From positions 1 to 50,329 of the forward strand of contig CAZDLP010000002.1 in the NCBI GenBank assembly GCA_964506565.1: 50,329 nucleotides of DNA, given 5' to 3'. The position numbers and the translations under genes are program-made. The stretch is from an uncultured Planctomycetia bacterium (GTDB taxonomy: Bacteria > Omnitrophota > Gorgyraeia > JABMRG01). The notes below the pieces were generated by a model that worked only from the letters and a program-made list of their open reading frames with translations, did no database searches and was not told the DNA's origin. Positions 17,754-27,513 of this stretch are shown in pieces. Position 1 is the stretch's first letter; each line of letters opens with the position of its first letter.

Positions 17754-18647
17754 TTACAGATCTAATATTTTAAGTTCTTCAGGCATACCCACTTTGAAAA
17801 AGACTTGCCTGCCTGTACGCGGATGAATAAACTCAAGCTCTGCCGCATATAGCGCAATCCTGCTAAAAGATTCGCCGCCATATTTGCTATCACCTATAAT
17901 AGGGTGGCCCATATAAGACATATGGACCCTTATCTGGTGTGTCCTGCCGGTCTCAATGCGAATTCGCAGTTTAGTATAATTCTCAAACCGTTTAAGTACC
18001 TCGAATCTTGTAATAGCCTCCTTGGAATTAAAAAACCTTACCGCCATCTTTTTCCTGTCTCTCGCTGCCCTTCCTATCGGCATTTCTGAAGAACCTGTAT
18101 CCTGCAAAATTATACCTTTCACAAAAGCTATATATATTTTTGTAATAGACCTTGCCTTAAAACTATCGACAAGCGCGAGATAAGAACTATCGGTCTTTGC
18201 GACAACCATCAGGCCGGAGACCTCTTTATCAAGCCTGTGAACAATGCCCGGACGCGTGATACTGCCAATATGAGCTAGCTTGTTATCGGTGTGAAAAAGA
18301 AGCGCGTTGACGAGCGTATGATCCTTATTGCCGGGCGCGGGATGAACAACCATGCCTGAGGGCTTGTTAAGCACAATAATGTCGCTATCCTCAAAAATTA
18401 TATCCAGAGGTATCGCTTCAGAGGCTATTGTTGTCTCTTCTAATTCTGGGATAACAATCTCTACGGAATCACCATTAGCTATCAGATAATGGGGCTTTCT
18501 TTGTCTGCCTGAGACAGTAACAAGCGATCTTTCAATAAGATGCTTAATCTGACTACGCGAATATCTATCATGTAATCTCTGGGCAAGATAGACATCCAAG
18601 CGCTTTCCTTCATCCTCAATGCTTACCTCTAATCTTTCCTTGTCCAT
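17754..18647 (-). CDS. rluD: RluA-family 23S rRNA pseudouridine synthase (RluD-like)
   Basis: 297 aa. N-terminal S4 domain, catalytic HRLDKEVSG motif, GRTHQIR motif. Confidence 0.88.
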   Translation of the reverse strand: MDKERLEVSIEDEGKRLDVYLAQRLHDRYSRSQIKHLIERSLVTVSGRQRKPHYLIANGDSVEIVIPELEETTIASEAIPLDIIFEDSDIIVLNKPSGMVVHPAPGNKDHTLVNALLFHTDNKLAHIGSITRPGIVHRLDKEVSGLMVVAKTDSSYLALVDSFKARSITKIYIAFVKGIILQDTGSSEMPIGRAARDRKKMAVRFFNSKEAITRFEVLKRFENYTKLRIRIETGRTHQIRVHMSYMGHPIIGDSKYGGESFSRIALYAAELEFIHPRTGRQVFFKVGMPEELKILDL

Positions 18648-18678
18648 CTCTTACCCCTTATACGGTTCTATAATATTC

Positions 18679-18865
18679 AAAACGGATAGTTGCCTTTCGC
18701 AGTGTTGGATATTTTTGCCGTCCGCTACAGCTTAGGACTCGTTCATTTGGCGGAATTCCCGTAAACGCTTGTATTAGGGTCAGTTCCGCCATTCATTCGT
18801 CCTAATTCCTTGCGAACTTTTGCCAAAAATATCCTAATACACTGCTACAGGTAACTATCCGTTTT
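18679..18865. repeat. Imperfect palindromic intergenic element, copy B (composite, 187 bp, with a nested inner inverted repeat)
   Basis: Outer arm aaaacggatagttgcctttcgcagtgttggatatttttgcc pairs with the reverse complement of ttgccaaaaatatcctaatacactgctacaggtaactatccgtttt. Inner pair: aggactcgttcatttggcggaat / gttccgccattcattcgtcct. Confidence 0.8.
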
Positions 18866-18870
18866 AAATG

Positions 18871-19608
18871 CTATCTCTTTACGCGTTTCATCAATACAAA
18901 TAAAATAATACCAACCGCTACAAATATAATGCTTATAATTTGCGCGGATGTAAAGCCTAAAAGAACTTCCGCGCTATCTCCACGAAGAAATTCTATTAAA
19001 AATCTAAACGCGCCGTAAAGAATAAAATACAAAGATATTATCTCGCCTTTAAAACGCCGGCGGGACTGAAAAAAGAAGAGCAAAAAGAATATAGCTAAGA
19101 GTCCTGCTGAAGAAAAAAGTTGAGTAGGGTAAACTCTTACAAGTGTGTCCGGAAAACAGACCCCGAGAAACGAATCTGTTGGCCTACCGTAACAGCAACC
19201 ATTAAAAAAACAGCCTACCCTGCCTATTGAATGCCCAAGTGCTATAAATGGTGCCATAAGATCCGCTGTATCAAGTATCGCAAGTCTTGTAACCATAGCG
19301 TATACTATGCCCGCCACTGACGCAAAGATAAGCCCGCCATAAAAAATGAGCCCGCCTTTATTAATCATCAGTATCTCTAGTGGGGAATCCAAAAAAAGGC
19401 TCATGTTAGCCAAGACATAGGCGATACGAGCACCTACTATACCTGAAACGAGAAAAAGGATAATCAGATTGCTGACTCTCTCCCCTGATAGATCAAAGAT
19501 GCTCGCGCGCCTTGACGATAGGTACATAGTAGCTAAAAAAGCAAGTCCTAACATAAGGCCATACGAATGTATAGCTACGGGCCCAATTGAAAAAAGTATC
19601 GGGTGCAT
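18871..19608 (-). CDS. lgt: Prolipoprotein diacylglyceryl transferase
   Basis: 245 aa, polytopic, with the GRVGCFFNGCCYGRPT motif. Confidence 0.9.
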   Translation of the reverse strand: MHPILFSIGPVAIHSYGLMLGLAFLATMYLSSRRASIFDLSGERVSNLIILFLVSGIVGARIAYVLANMSLFLDSPLEILMINKGGLIFYGGLIFASVAGIVYAMVTRLAILDTADLMAPFIALGHSIGRVGCFFNGCCYGRPTDSFLGVCFPDTLVRVYPTQLFSSAGLLAIFFLLFFFQSRRRFKGEIISLYFILYGAFRFLIEFLRGDSAEVLLGFTSAQIISIIFVAVGIILFVLMKRVKR

Positions 19609-19673
19609 ATTTAGGTTCTCTTGCCCTTAAGCGACTTGTGGTGAGCGTAGTCGAACCAAGTCGAAGGGCGGTT

Positions 19674-20120
19674 TTAGGTTTTAGGTCGCGTGTTGATCAT
19701 ATATACTAACATAAGTATCGCGCCGATAGTGATAGCTGAATCCGCGATATTAAAAACAGGCCACACCCTTAAATCTATAAAATCCAGTACATAACCATAG
19801 ATAAGCCTGTCTGTAAGATTGCCTAGCGCGCCTGACAAGATAAGGAACAGGGCCAGTATCAATAAACGTGACTTTGGTTTTTTTATAAAGATCATATATA
19901 CGATAATAATAGAGACCGCAAGGGAGGCTACTACTAATATATATAGGTTAAACTCCTTAAAAAGCCCGAAAGCCACGCCACTATTGCAAACTGGGGTAAT
20001 ATGTAAGATATTTTTAAATATAGGAAAAGAAGAGCCTAGCGGAAAGTTTTTGAATATTAATAATTTGAGAAGACGGTCAATAAAAAATATTATAACTGAT
20101 ATAATAAAAAAAGGCCTCAC
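19674..20120 (-). CDS. lspA: Lipoprotein signal peptidase II
   Basis: 148 aa, four TM segments, FNIADSAI motif. Confidence 0.9.
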   Translation of the reverse strand: MRPFFIISVIIFFIDRLLKLLIFKNFPLGSSFPIFKNILHITPVCNSGVAFGLFKEFNLYILVVASLAVSIIIVYMIFIKKPKSRLLILALFLILSGALGNLTDRLIYGYVLDFIDLRVWPVFNIADSAITIGAILMLVYMINTRPKT

Positions 20121-20124
20121 TTGA

Positions 20125-20508
20125 TTAACTCTGCCTTGACTTTTTATCCTCTTGTTCCTGACAAGCGATACATAATAACGCGTAAGGCACAGCTGTTAAT
20201 CGTTTTTGGGTTATCTCTTTTTTGCATTCCTCACATTTTCCAAAATTCTTATCCTTCAAGCGCTTTAACGCGTCGTCTATCTTATGGAGTAATTCCCTTT
20301 CACTCTCGGCCAAACCAAGAGATAGCTCACGCTCATAGTTGTCACTTGCCAAATCCGCCATATGAAAGCTGTAGCCCGAAAGATCACCTGTCGATTCTTT
20401 TTGCGACCTGCCTAAATTCTCTTTTTCAATATGCGCTACCTTTGAACGGATATCCTCCCTCATATTAACAAGGGTATCTTTAAGTTTTGACTTAAGCTGC
20501 CTGTTCAT
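20125..20508 (-). CDS. TraR/DksA-family C4 zinc-finger protein
   Basis: CEECKKEI...CIACQ four-Cys finger preceded by a coiled-coil region. The start was moved to the ATG at 20508, which forms an ATGA overlap with the ileS TGA stop. The ORF-track start 20559 lies inside ileS. Confidence 0.8.
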   Translation of the reverse strand: MNRQLKSKLKDTLVNMREDIRSKVAHIEKENLGRSQKESTGDLSGYSFHMADLASDNYERELSLGLAESERELLHKIDDALKRLKDKNFGKCEECKKEITQKRLTAVPYALLCIACQEQEDKKSRQS

Positions 20509-23330
20509 TCTGTACTGTCTCCTTTCATAGCAATGAGCACATCTTGGCATCTCTGACATGTGCCGGGATAATCTTTATTGCTACCTGTGGTCTTGCTAAA
20601 GTTCCAGCACCTGTCACACTTTTCGCCTTCTGCTTTATCTACCTGAATTGAGATCCCAGGCATATCATCAGAAGTAACAGCATTAATTAATTGACCCTGC
20701 TTACACAATTCTACCTGCGAAACTATAAAGAGCGCGGGCAAACTTAACTCGTTTTCAGCTAAAAAGTTATAAATATCTTCTGAATCAGCAGATAACCTTA
20801 CTTTTGCCTCCAACGAACTTCTTATTATACCAGAAACGCGGTTAGCTTCAAGCACTTTTAACACGGCGTTCCTTATTTTTTTAAGCTTCTCGTATTTTAA
20901 TTCCAGCGCATTATCCATCTTAAGGGACGTTGCATCATGCAGCAAACTAAGGTGTATGCTCTCCGGAGCGAGCTTCTCCTTTGGCATGGACTGGAATATC
21001 TCCTCAGACGTAAATACCATAACCGGGGCTATAACCTTGGCGATTATATCAAGTATCTCATAGAGAGCGCTCTGGCAGGAACGACGCCTCGCGGAATCAG
21101 ATTTAAAGGTATAAAGAATATCTTTTACAATATCCATATAAAAATTAGACATATCTATTATACAAAATGCGTACAGGCTGTGATATACCTTATGAAACTG
21201 GAAATTTTTATAGAAGCCATCTATGTCCCGGAGTAACCTGTGAGCCTTTAACACGGCCCATTTATCGGTCTCGTCCATCTCCTCATAGGAAACCTTATCT
21301 TCATCCGGATTAAAATCATAGATATTGCCCAATATAAATCGCGCGGTATTACGAATCTTGCGGTACGCGTCAGTAAGCCTGGCTATAATCGTATCAGATA
21401 TGCGTATATCATCGTTGTAATCTGAAAACGCTACCCAAAGCCTTAGTATGTCCGCACCATAATTTTTTATTATCTCCTGGGCAGAGATAACATTGCCTAG
21501 AGACTTTGACATCTTCCTGCCTTCACCATCTACGACAAACCCGTGGGTAAGCACAGATTTAAAAGCAAGGTCCTGGTTCATGGCCATCGATGTGATAAGA
21601 GATGACTGGAACCACCCTCTATGCTGGTCACTACCTTCGAGATACAGATCTGCCGGATAACTTAGGTTTTTCCTTTTTCTTAAGACCGCCTCATGGCTTA
21701 CCCCGGATTCAAACCAGACATCAAGTATATCTTCGCCTTTTTGAAAATCATTTCCTTCGCAATTAGGATACGGACATTTGTAGCCATCAGGCAAAAGATC
21801 CTTTGGTTCGAGCTCGAACCAGGCATCAGTGCCCTTCTCTTTGACAATACCCGCAAAATGATTTATCACTTTAGGATCTGCTATCCATTTTTTGCATGAT
21901 TTACACATAAAAACAGGTATCGGAACGCCCCAATATCTTTGCCGGGACAAACACCAATCAGGACGATTTTCTATCATAGTTGATATGCGCTGTTGACCCT
22001 GAATAGGAACCCACTCAACCTCTTTCGCCTTCTCCAACAATTTCTTTCTTAATCCATTATGGTCAATGGACATAAACCATTGTTCTGTTGCCCTGAATAT
22101 TATGGGATTTTTACATCTCCAGCAATGGGGGTAAGAATGTGTTATAGAATCGCTATGGAGCAGGAGGCCTAAGTTTATAAGCTTGTCTTTAATAGAATCG
22201 TTTGCCTTGTGTACATTTATCCCTGCGAATTCTCCTGCCTCGTTTGTAAACCTACCTTTTTCATCAACAGGCATGACTGTCTCAAGAGAATACTTCTGGC
22301 CCGTTGAATAGTCATCCTGACCATGGCCGGGAGCTGTATGGACACATCCTGTTCCCTCTTCCATTGAAACATACTCTGCCGTTACAACCTGTCCTTGATT
22401 TTTAGCCGCGGACAATGGAAAATTATATTTTAAATGCTGCAGATCCCTTCCCTTAACAGTAGAGGATATCTTATGGTTCTCTATAGAGCAGTTTTGAGAT
22501 ACTTTCTCTAACAACTCTTTTGCCATAATAATGGTCTCATTATTATCTATCTCTAAAAATACATACTCGGCTTCAGGGTGCACCGCTACCGCTACATTAG
22601 CTATCAATGTCCAGGGCGTAGTTGTCCAGATAAGAATATATGTCTTCTTATCAGGTAATCCCGCAGGATTAAACTCAGGATTTGTAATATGGAATTTCAC
22701 ATATACGGAAGGCGAGGTATGCTGGTCATACTCTACTTCCGCTTCTGCCAAGGCGGTCTCACACCTGTAGCAATAATTTACAGGCTTTAGGCCCTTATAT
22801 ATATACCCCTGTTCTACCAGCCTGGCGAATGAACTAATAATAGCTACTTCATAATCCTTATCTGTTGTAAGATATGGGTCTTGCCATTCTCCAAAAACAC
22901 CTAACCGCTTAAACTCCTCTCTCTGTATATCAACGAATCCTGCTGCATACTCAAAGGCTTTTTTACGAAATTCTACCTGCTCAATATCGTCTTTTCTTTT
23001 TTTAAGTTTTTTAAGAAGCTGGTGCTCAACAGGAAGGCCGTGGCAATCCCAGCCAGGTACATACTCACAATGATACCCGCGCATTGTCTTGTATTTAATT
23101 ACCATATCCTTTAAGGTCTTATTGAGAGCATGCCCTAAATGTATATGGCCATTCGCGTAAGGCGGGCCATCATGAAGAACATATTTCTCCTTACCGGAAA
23201 ACGCCTGTTCCAGCTTAGAATGTATATCTATAGATTCCCAGAATTTGGCGATATCAGGCTCTCTCTGCGGAAGATTGGCCTTCATCTTAAAATCTGTCTT
23301 CGGTAAATTTAATGTATCTTTATAATCCAT
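20505..23330 (-). CDS. ileS: Isoleucine-tRNA ligase
   Basis: 941 aa. HIGH-type motif PYANGHIHLGH, KMSKS, and a C-terminal CDRCWNF...CQRCQDV zinc finger. Confidence 0.95.
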   Translation of the reverse strand: MDYKDTLNLPKTDFKMKANLPQREPDIAKFWESIDIHSKLEQAFSGKEKYVLHDGPPYANGHIHLGHALNKTLKDMVIKYKTMRGYHCEYVPGWDCHGLPVEHQLLKKLKKRKDDIEQVEFRKKAFEYAAGFVDIQREEFKRLGVFGEWQDPYLTTDKDYEVAIISSFARLVEQGYIYKGLKPVNYCYRCETALAEAEVEYDQHTSPSVYVKFHITNPEFNPAGLPDKKTYILIWTTTPWTLIANVAVAVHPEAEYVFLEIDNNETIIMAKELLEKVSQNCSIENHKISSTVKGRDLQHLKYNFPLSAAKNQGQVVTAEYVSMEEGTGCVHTAPGHGQDDYSTGQKYSLETVMPVDEKGRFTNEAGEFAGINVHKANDSIKDKLINLGLLLHSDSITHSYPHCWRCKNPIIFRATEQWFMSIDHNGLRKKLLEKAKEVEWVPIQGQQRISTMIENRPDWCLSRQRYWGVPIPVFMCKSCKKWIADPKVINHFAGIVKEKGTDAWFELEPKDLLPDGYKCPYPNCEGNDFQKGEDILDVWFESGVSHEAVLRKRKNLSYPADLYLEGSDQHRGWFQSSLITSMAMNQDLAFKSVLTHGFVVDGEGRKMSKSLGNVISAQEIIKNYGADILRLWVAFSDYNDDIRISDTIIARLTDAYRKIRNTARFILGNIYDFNPDEDKVSYEEMDETDKWAVLKAHRLLRDIDGFYKNFQFHKVYHSLYAFCIIDMSNFYMDIVKDILYTFKSDSARRRSCQSALYEILDIIAKVIAPVMVFTSEEIFQSMPKEKLAPESIHLSLLHDATSLKMDNALELKYEKLKKIRNAVLKVLEANRVSGIIRSSLEAKVRLSADSEDIYNFLAENELSLPALFIVSQVELCKQGQLINAVTSDDMPGISIQVDKAEGEKCDRCWNFSKTTGSNKDYPGTCQRCQDVLIAMKGDSTE

Positions 23331-23389
23331 ATCTGCCTAAACCTCTAATCTTCAGGTAGTCTTGTTGTAATTAAGATATCACTTTATGG

Positions 23390-23491
23390 TTACTTATACC
23401 TTTGTCTGTAGCAGCGCATTGGATTTTTTTGCCATTGGTCTAAGCTGAGGGGCAAAAATACCAGCGCTGCGAGGACAAGAGGGATATGTAA
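23390..23491. repeat. Imperfect palindromic intergenic element, copy C (102 bp, inverted relative to copy A)
   Basis: Arms ttacttatacctttgtctgtagcagcgcattggatttttttgcc and ggggcaaaaataccagcgctgcgaggacaagagggatatgtaa. Same overall length as copy A. Confidence 0.8.
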
Positions 23492-23545
23492 CATTATTAT
23501 CTGCGCAATTGGTGTTTGGATCATCATAATGAGAACTTCGCGCAA

Positions 23546-24403
23546 CTATTTAATGTACTTCCCAATAATAATATCCAGCTTCTTCTTAATAGCATCTGAA
23601 ATAGCATCAGGCTTTGTCAGAATAGTATCTTTCAGAGCACTGGCGCATATGCACTCTCTCTTAGCGGGTAACTTCGTAATAACCTCTTTTAAAACCTTCT
23701 TCGCGTTATCAACATTCTTAAGAAGGTTCTGAATAATCATATCAATGCTTACATCCTCTGACTCATGCCAGCAGTCATAATCTGTAATCATAGCCATGGT
23801 AGCATAACATATCTCTGCCTCTCTCGCGCATCTGGCCTCTGGCATATTTGTCATACCTATAACATCCATGCCCCAACTTCGATATAAATCTGATTCGGCC
23901 TTTGTTGAAAAAGCAGGGCCCTCCATATTAAGGTATGTACCACCGCTATGAACTGGCAGGCCTTGTGATTTTGTCGCTTCGTATAATATTCTGCCAAGCT
24001 CGGGACAACTCGGATTCGCAAAAGCTACATGCGCTACAATACCGTTTCCAAAGAATGTAATATTCCTGGGCTGGTTTGTCCTATCCACATACTGATCCGG
24101 GATAAGTATATCCAAGGGCTTTATCTCCTCTTTAAGGCTTCCTACCGTAGAAACAGATATAATCATTTCCACGCCCAACTTTTTCATGCCATATATATTG
24201 GCAGTGCAATTAAGCTCTGAAGGCAAAAGATGGTGGTCTCTCCCATGGCGCGGAAGAAATACAAGCTCAACACCTGAAAGCTTGGCACATAAATATTCGT
24301 CTGATGGTTTTCCGAAAGGTGTTTCAACTTTAATCCATTTAGGATCCTCAAGGCCTTCTATTTCGTAAAGTCCACAACCTCCTATTATTCCTAATCTCGG
24401 CAT
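23546..24403 (-). CDS. mtnP: S-methyl-5'-thioadenosine phosphorylase
   Basis: 285 aa. Matches seen: LGIIGGCGLY, TPFGKPS, FLPRHGRDH, consistent with MTAP-type PNP family proteins. Confidence 0.88.
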   Translation of the reverse strand: MPRLGIIGGCGLYEIEGLEDPKWIKVETPFGKPSDEYLCAKLSGVELVFLPRHGRDHHLLPSELNCTANIYGMKKLGVEMIISVSTVGSLKEEIKPLDILIPDQYVDRTNQPRNITFFGNGIVAHVAFANPSCPELGRILYEATKSQGLPVHSGGTYLNMEGPAFSTKAESDLYRSWGMDVIGMTNMPEARCAREAEICYATMAMITDYDCWHESEDVSIDMIIQNLLKNVDNAKKVLKEVITKLPAKRECICASALKDTILTKPDAISDAIKKKLDIIIGKYIK

Positions 24404-24822
24404 ATTTTCTCCCTCTCTCCCTTACAATTACAGGGGCCATCGTTTAGATCTTTACCACAACAAGTGCAAATCCCCTTGCAATCCACCCTGCACAACTGCC
24501 TTATAGGCTGATCAAGCATTATCGTATCTTTTATGTCGCCATTAAGCTCTATCGTATGTTCGCCTGTTAGAGTGTAGACAAAATCTTCTCTTTTTTTAAA
24601 TGAAAGATTAAAGTCCTTTAGGCATCTGCTGCATATGCACTCCTCATTGGCCCTTATATCGCAGGATACTATGACAACATCCTTCTCTTTCTCAACATGC
24701 GCTTTTACCTTAACATTTGATACAATGTTGGCCTCTTCCGAATCCAGGCAAAGCTCTTCAGGACTGATATCTTTTTCAATATCCAATCCATCCTGCATTA
24801 TCTCTTTCACGCATATTTTCAT
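24391..24822 (-). CDS. yceD: YceD/DUF177 family protein
   Basis: 143 aa. CSRCLKDF ... CKGICTCCGKDLNDGPCNC cysteine pattern typical of DUF177. Overlaps ackA (4 nt) and mtnP (13 nt). Confidence 0.8.
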   Translation of the reverse strand: MKICVKEIMQDGLDIEKDISPEELCLDSEEANIVSNVKVKAHVEKEKDVVIVSCDIRANEECICSRCLKDFNLSFKKREDFVYTLTGEHTIELNGDIKDTIMLDQPIRQLCRVDCKGICTCCGKDLNDGPCNCKGEREKICRD

Positions 24823-25967
24823 GCTTTTAAATTCTTGATTACTTGTACTGTTTCGCGCGAAATCATCAATTCCTCATTAGTAGGAACAACAAGCAGCCGC
24901 ACGTTAAACCTTGAGAAAAAGTTACTAAGAGACTTACTTACCCTGTTTTTTATCAAGGCACTATTTTCACCTATGCCACCTGTAAGCACTACCGCGTCTA
25001 AGCCATCCATTGAAGCGGTATAAGCACCTATGTACTTTGTTATACGATATATAAAAATATCAAGTGCTAATTTTGAACGTATACTGCCTTTTTTTGCGTG
25101 CTTTTGTATGTCCCTCATATCATTGCTTATACCTGATAGTCCGAGCATGCCGCTTTCCTTATTAAGAAGATTATCTACGGATTTTATATTTAGACCCTTC
25201 TTTTCCATAATATAAAGAACTACAGCAGGGTCTATGTCACCGCACCTAGTACCCATCAAAAGGCCTTCAAGAGGCGTAAGCCCCATACTTGTGTCTACTG
25301 ATTTCCCATTATTAACCGCTGTTATACTGCAACCATTTCCAAGATGACAAGTAACCAGCTTAAGCCTTGAGCATGGCTTCTTCATTATCCTGGCTGCCTG
25401 TTCCGATACAAACTTATGACTTGTACCGTGAAAACCGTAACGTCTTATCTTGTACCTGCTATAGAATTCGTATGGAATACCATAAACATACGCATACGCA
25501 GGTATTGTCTGATGAAACGCTGTATCAAATACCGCTACCTGAGGAATGCCTTTTGCGAATCTTCTGCAGGCTCGGATACCTGAAAGCGCGGGGGGATTAT
25601 GCAACGGCGCCAGATCATTAAATTTTTCTATCGCCTTTATTACTTTTTCATTAATGATTGCGGGCTGTGAAAATAATTCCGCGCCATGTACAATGCGGTG
25701 GCCTATAGCTGAGATATCTTTGTAGGAGTCTATCACCCCTTGATCAGGGCAAGTTAATATATCGAATATATGCCTTATCGCCTGATGATGATCAGCAAGG
25801 TCTGCTGTCGAAACAAAAGGCTTCTTGCCGTAACTGCAATGATTTAAGCTGCTTTTTTTCGAACCTATGCACTCAACTATGCCCTTGCATAAAGGTTCTG
25901 ATTGTTTAGTATTGAAAAATTGATATTTTATGCTTGATGAACCGCTATTTATTACAAGTATCTTCAT
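24819..25967 (-). CDS. ackA: Acetate kinase
   Basis: 382 aa. N-terminal MKILVINSGSSSIKYQ, and GFHGTSH. Confidence 0.92.
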   Translation of the reverse strand: MKILVINSGSSSIKYQFFNTKQSEPLCKGIVECIGSKKSSLNHCSYGKKPFVSTADLADHHQAIRHIFDILTCPDQGVIDSYKDISAIGHRIVHGAELFSQPAIINEKVIKAIEKFNDLAPLHNPPALSGIRACRRFAKGIPQVAVFDTAFHQTIPAYAYVYGIPYEFYSRYKIRRYGFHGTSHKFVSEQAARIMKKPCSRLKLVTCHLGNGCSITAVNNGKSVDTSMGLTPLEGLLMGTRCGDIDPAVVLYIMEKKGLNIKSVDNLLNKESGMLGLSGISNDMRDIQKHAKKGSIRSKLALDIFIYRITKYIGAYTASMDGLDAVVLTGGIGENSALIKNRVSKSLSNFFSRFNVRLLVVPTNEELMISRETVQVIKNLKA

Positions 25968-25999
25968 GTATTAACGCTATCTTATAGGTTTTACTTTTT

Positions 26000-27016
26000 T
26001 TACTTAGAATTGTGGCTATGCGCGCAACGCATAGATGTCACGCACACTATATCTATAATATCTTCCGTGGAACACCCCCTGGACAGGTCACTACAAGGAG
26101 CTGCTACTCCGTGTAATAATGGGCCTAAAGCACGTGCCTTTGCAAGGCGCTCGGTAAGCTTATAAGCTATATTACCTGATTCAAGATTCGGAAATATCAA
26201 TACATTAGCTTGTCCGCCGATAGAACTCTGTGGAGCCTTTCTCTGCGCTACTCCGGGCACAAGCGCGGCATCTGCTTGAAGTTCGCCATCGATTAAAAGA
26301 TCCGGGTATTTTTCTTTGGCTATCTCAACCGCGCGCACCAGCTTTTCTGTCTTTTCTGTCTTACCGCTACCTTTTGTCGAGAAACTTAAAACCGCGACTT
26401 TTGGTACTGCGGCGAATATATTCTTCATAAGCCTGCTTGCGGACATTGCTATATTCGCAAGTTGCCTTGGAGATGGTTCCGGTACGATACCGCAGTCCGC
26501 GAATATAATAACGCCGCCCTCACCAAAAGATTCATCTTGAAGAACCATTATAAAGGAGCTTGACATAGTCCTTATCTCTGGTGATATCCCGATACACCAA
26601 AGCGCCGCCCTTGCGACATCTCTTGTTGTATGTATCGCTCCTGCTACAAAACCATCCGCCTGCTTCTCTCTTACGAGCATCGCGCCATAATAGACGGGCT
26701 TTTCTATGAAAAGCTTTCTCGCATCCTCTTCTGTCATCCCCTTGTGTTTGCGTATCTGATATAGTTTACGCGAAAGATCGTCAAGCTCATCTGAAGAAAC
26801 AGGATCGATAATCTCTACGCCGCTTAAATCCAGGTTCTTCTCCTTGCAGATAGCGTCTATCTTATCCTTATTACCCAACAAGATAAGATCTGCCAGCTTT
26901 TCGCGATTAATATAATCTGAGGCCTTAATTGTCCTTATATCTTCACCTTCCGGAAGAACTATCTTGCGCCTTTTATTTTTTGCTCTCTCTCTTAGCCCTG
27001 ATATTACTTTCAGCAT
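26000..27016 (-). CDS. pta: Phosphate acetyltransferase (short PTA_PTB form)
   Basis: 338 aa. IVLPEGEDIRTIKA and GAIHTTRDVARAAL motifs. Adjacent to ackA. Confidence 0.88.
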   Translation of the reverse strand: MLKVISGLRERAKNKRRKIVLPEGEDIRTIKASDYINREKLADLILLGNKDKIDAICKEKNLDLSGVEIIDPVSSDELDDLSRKLYQIRKHKGMTEEDARKLFIEKPVYYGAMLVREKQADGFVAGAIHTTRDVARAALWCIGISPEIRTMSSSFIMVLQDESFGEGGVIIFADCGIVPEPSPRQLANIAMSASRLMKNIFAAVPKVAVLSFSTKGSGKTEKTEKLVRAVEIAKEKYPDLLIDGELQADAALVPGVAQRKAPQSSIGGQANVLIFPNLESGNIAYKLTERLAKARALGPLLHGVAAPCSDLSRGCSTEDIIDIVCVTSMRCAHSHNSK

Positions 27017-27513
27017 CTCATCCTCTTTTTTTTCTTTAACAGTTTTTTCTGAATCGCCGAAACAACAACCTTGGGCACAAAACAGCTTATATCCGCGCCT
27101 AGAGAGGCCGCTTCCTTGATAAGTTTTGATGAAATATATGAATAAGATTCATTGGGCATCAGGAATATTGTTTCCACGCTCTTGCTAAGGCGCCTATTTG
27201 TAAGGGCCATCTGAAACTCATATTCAAAATCTGATATCATCCTGACGCCTCGGATAATAACATAAGAGCCTTTGCTTCGGACATAATCTATTGAAAGGCC
27301 TTTAAAGCTGTCAACCTCAATATTGCCCAAATCTGCTGTCACCTGCTCAATAAGCGCAACACGCTCTTTAACAGTAAAAAGGCTATCCTTGGAACTGTTA
27401 TCAGCAACCGCTACTACCACTTTTTTGAATATCTTTGCCGCTCTTTTTATGAGGTCTATGTGGCCATAAGTAATCGGATCAAAACTTCCAGGATATATAG
27501 CTATCTTAGTCAT
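27010..27513 (-). CDS. coaD: Pantetheine-phosphate adenylyltransferase
   Basis: 167 aa. IYPGSFDPITYGHIDL nucleotidyltransferase motif. Lys-rich C-terminal tail. Confidence 0.92.
   Translation of the reverse strand: MTKIAIYPGSFDPITYGHIDLIKRAAKIFKKVVVAVADNSSKDSLFTVKERVALIEQVTADLGNIEVDSFKGLSIDYVRSKGSYVIIRGVRMISDFEYEFQMALTNRRLSKSVETIFLMPNESYSYISSKLIKEAASLGADISCFVPKVVVSAIQKKLLKKKKRMRC

Noticed and set aside
21700-21720. ggattcaaacc string resembling a tRNA T-arm
   Set aside because: It lies inside the ileS coding frame, with no acceptor or anticodon arms around it. No tRNA genes were found anywhere in the window.
23331-23545. T-box or other leader riboswitch upstream of ileS
   Set aside because: No specifier or T-box consensus was recognisable. 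The spacer is dominated by palindromic element C.
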